Part shown: one piece after another, positions 61,251 to 64,000 of the stretch
How the letters are laid out: each line of letters starts with the position of its first letter
How positions within the stretch are numbered: the first letter of the stretch is position 1
Origin: Vicugna vicugna
Taxonomy: Eukaryota
Length of the DNA: 64,000 bases
Direction of reading: 5' to 3'
Assembly (NCBI GenBank): GCA_013265495.1
Contig: MU058221.1
Span: 5,626,066 to 5,690,065, forward strand
The notes under the pieces: model-generated
The model's input: the letters and a program-made list of their open reading frames with translations, nothing else
What the model was told of the DNA's origin: nothing
The model's database searches: none
Position numbers and translations under genes: made by a program

Positions 61251-62558
61251 TGGGTTAAATATGGTAGAGTAAGGTCTATGGATTAGATATGGTAGAGTAA
61301 GGTCTCATTACAATCGATGCCTTATTTGAATTAAATTCTGTGAGAGACAGAGAGACAGAGATGGTGCAGGGGGTTCTGCCTGTCATTGCCCTTCGTGAGT
61401 TCATGAGAAGGCTCCCTGTAGTGATGCTGTGGGAGAGGTGGCTCTGCTGTTTCCTCAGTAGATCTCAGTTTTATGGGACTCTCGAAGTGTGAGCGTTACC
61501 ACCTGCTACGTGATTCCGGGATTCACATATCCATATTTTTCATGCAACATAATCCTAGGCACTTCTGATGTTTCAACTAGAAATGAACAAAAATATAACG
61601 TGATCTGATCCATTACTTGAGAAAAAACTCATTGTGTTAGACCATTATGGACCATATAAGTAATCTTTTATTGTATACAATTTTTTTTTGCCTTAAACAT
61701 TGACAATGTCATGGAAATTCAACATAAGGTACAGATACACCCGAAGTGGTTTACTATTTAAAAAAAACTTCAGTTTTGGAGCCTCTAATTTTTTCCTTTC
61801 AAGGTCCTAAGCAGGACCCTAGCAATATAGTCACATGATTACATGTGCAAAAATAAAATATTTTAGTTAAGATCTGTTACTGTGGCTGAATTTCCCACTT
61901 TATCTTTCAATCATACTTACTGTACAGAGTATTGTCCAAGTGGTCAAAGGCATTTTGGGGAGCTGGCTAAGGTGGAATTGAATTGGGAATACATTTTGTT
62001 AGAGTTTGGAGAGGTATACTGACGGAGTTGCTATCATTTCCATGCCATGCTTAAGCTACAGCTACTCTCCAGGGGAGGAATGGCTTTCTACAATACTCCT
62101 GCTGCCACTGAGCCAAATCATCCAGCTTCGTGACACAAAGGTGCAGCGCTAAAGACTCATATGATCGTGGTATGAATGTGTCTTGAAGCTGTGGCCCTGG
62201 ATTGGATAGTGGCAGAGAAACAGGTTTGAAATGTGCAAAGGCAAAATCTAGTCTGTGACTATTCATCCACTCATCGGGGATGTAAAACTATAAGTGAAGG
62301 GTTCAGTTCTCATCAGTGTCTAGTCAAAGTGATTCTCTTCTCTCGGTAATATACTCAATAACATAGCATATACAATTATAAATGCACTGTATTTATTGTT
62401 TACCTTTTTGATGGGAGTGACATGAACTAGAATGTATCAAGATTCCTACATTTATAGAGCACAAGCCTGTAGCAGTATTGCAAAAGGCAAGTAAATCTGT
62501 GTGAAGTTATATATTATATGAACTCCTACTATAAATAAGCAACATTTCAATCAACAAC

Positions 62559-62680
62559 ACTTTTATTTCTTTTCCTTTGGGAGTCTGAACTAGGGAAATA
62601 TTACCGTGTTTTATGTCTGAGAATGTTTTGCCTATGTTCTCTTCTAGGAGTTTTGTGGTGTCCTGCTTTATATTTAAGCC
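62559..62680 (-). mobile_element. Isolated internal L1 ORF2 fragment
   Basis: Translates on minus as LNIKQDTTKLLEENIGKTFSDIKHGNISLVQTPKGKEIK (L1 ORF2 C-terminal region). Confidence 0.85.
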
Positions 62681-62931
62681 ACAGACAAATTTAAAAGGTA
62701 AATTTTGGAGTGGGAAAAAATCTAATATACATAGCAGACAAGAGATAGGAATCCTTAGACAAAGAACTCTTGCAAACCAGTAAAAGATGGCAAAGAAAAA
62801 CTCCAATAGAAAAATAATAAGGAAAAAGAAAAGGCAATTCTCCAAAGAAGCAGCATAAATGGCTAATTAACAGATTAAATTCAATCTCACTGACCACGGT
62901 AGGGAATACAAATTAAATGCAGTAAAATATG

Positions 62932-63145
62932 CAGGGGCATATTCAGGTTTACAAAGCCTCAAACTTAAAGAATTTGGGAGCTTGGTCCTCAAAACTGTGA
63001 ATGCAAAATTAAGTGTGAATGTAAATATTTATTAGAATGAGAGAAGAAATCATAGCAAATTACAACTTTTTAAAAGCTGAAAAGTATCACAAATGTCATT
63101 AAAGCCAGTTAAAACTAACATAGCATTTTTATTAAATGTCTAACT
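62932..63145 (+). mobile_element. hAT-type DNA transposon end (MER53/Blackjack-like)
   Basis: caggggcatattcaggttt...aatgcaaaattaag...tatttattagaatgagagaagaaatca resembles the recalled terminus. Confidence 0.5.
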
Positions 63146-63493
63146 CTTCCATTTTTTTTCTTTTCCAGTTTTATTAGGTAGAATTATTACATTATTGCAT
63201 GTAAATACATATATACAATATACTGCACATATAATTTTTTTTTAGTTTATATATATGTACTGCAAAGACCCTATTTCTACATAAGGTCACATTCATAGAA
63301 ACTGAGGGTTAGGACTTCAAGATATATTTTGCAGGGGGGGGACACAATTAAACCCTCGACTACCACCATCTATGCTTATATCCAAATCTCTGACGCAATG
63401 CCGAGAGAGCAAAGCCCAGGACAGAACCTCAGCACACATTTCCAGTGGCCTCACCTGTGACAGTCTGGCGTCCTACTCCATACAACTGCAGTC

Positions 63494-63588
63494 TTGACAA
63501 TTCACATTTTATTTTATTTTATTTTATTTTATTTTATCTTATTAATTAATTAATTAATTAATTAATTTAATTGACAATTCACATTTTA
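63494..63588 (-). repeat. Poly(A)-derived (TTTTA)n/(TAAT)n tract flanked by an 18-bp direct repeat
   Basis: ttgacaattcacatttta at 63494-63511 and 63571-63588. Confidence 0.9.
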
Positions 63589-63784
63589 AAAACTCTGTTT
63601 TCCCAAAAGAAGCTCCGCTTTTGCCTGTCTGCTGGAGGCAGAGGGGCAAGTCAGGGCAAGGTCCTTGAATCCCAACAGATAGTTAAAAATCGGAGAGGCA
63701 AAACCCAACACAGAGCCCAAAGGGCAGCTTGGGAGCGCAAGAATTAGGAGGCAGAGCTGGGCGCCTGGGAAGCTGATTTATAGG

Positions 63785-63965
63785 AATAAAAACAACAAGG
63801 TCCTACTGTATAGCCCAGGAAACTATATTCAATCAATACCTTGTAATAACCCATAATGAAAAACAATGTGAAAAGGAATATATATCTATGCATAACTGAA
63901 TCACTATGCTATATACCAGAAATTAACACATTGTAAACTGACTATACTTCAATTTAAAAAAAATA
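63785..63965 (+). mobile_element. L1 3' end
   Basis: aacaacaaggtcctactgtatagcccaggaaactatattcaat...cattgtaaactgactatacttcaattt-An. Confidence 0.9.
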
Positions 63966-64000
63966 TATACATATATCAGCTAAAGCAGAAGGCAGGTCCC

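Noticed and set aside
61380..62530. Possible conserved non-coding element or RNA gene upstream of REEP1
   Set aside because: Looks like a decayed ancient DNA-transposon interior, but I could not assign a family or any RNA structure with confidence.
1..64000. CRISPR array, operon-like or otherwise novel multi-gene system
   Set aside because: The sequence is mammalian intronic and intergenic DNA. No regularly spaced repeat-spacer array or unexplained coding cluster was seen.

Overview
Mammalian (not microbial) genomic DNA. The tRNA-Ala(AGC)-derived SINEs resemble the camelid vic-1 family, and I saw no Alu, Bov-tA/Bov-A2 or PRE1, so the source is probably a camelid (inference). The window holds the 5' part of REEP1 on the minus strand. 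Coding exon 3 (1836-1912, [26 protein letters not shown]) and coding exon 2 (9334-9406, [24 protein letters not shown]) both have canonical AG/GT sites. A ~47 kb intron 1 leads to a CpG-island promoter at ~56.4-57.3 kb, where the ATG-bearing exon 1 is not visible and most likely lies in a 207-N assembly gap. The ORF track misses both real exons, and its ORFs look spurious or repeat-derived. Most of the rest is interspersed repeat: L1, L2, MIR, MaLR/ERVL LTRs, an ERVL pol/dUTPase fossil, and Tigger1, Charlie1, MER5, MER20 and MER96 DNA elements. Repeat family names come from my recollection of consensus sequences, not from a search, and boundaries of old repeats are approximate. I found no evidence of a new biological system. 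The most interesting signals are local: (1) a ~95% identical inverted duplication in intron 1 that could form dsRNA in the pre-mRNA; (2) a disabled counterpart of the human upstream alternative first exon, which instead offers a shorter in-frame ATG/donor; (3) paired MEF2-type sites 20 bp apart inside the CpG island; (4) several atypical retrotransposition scars.
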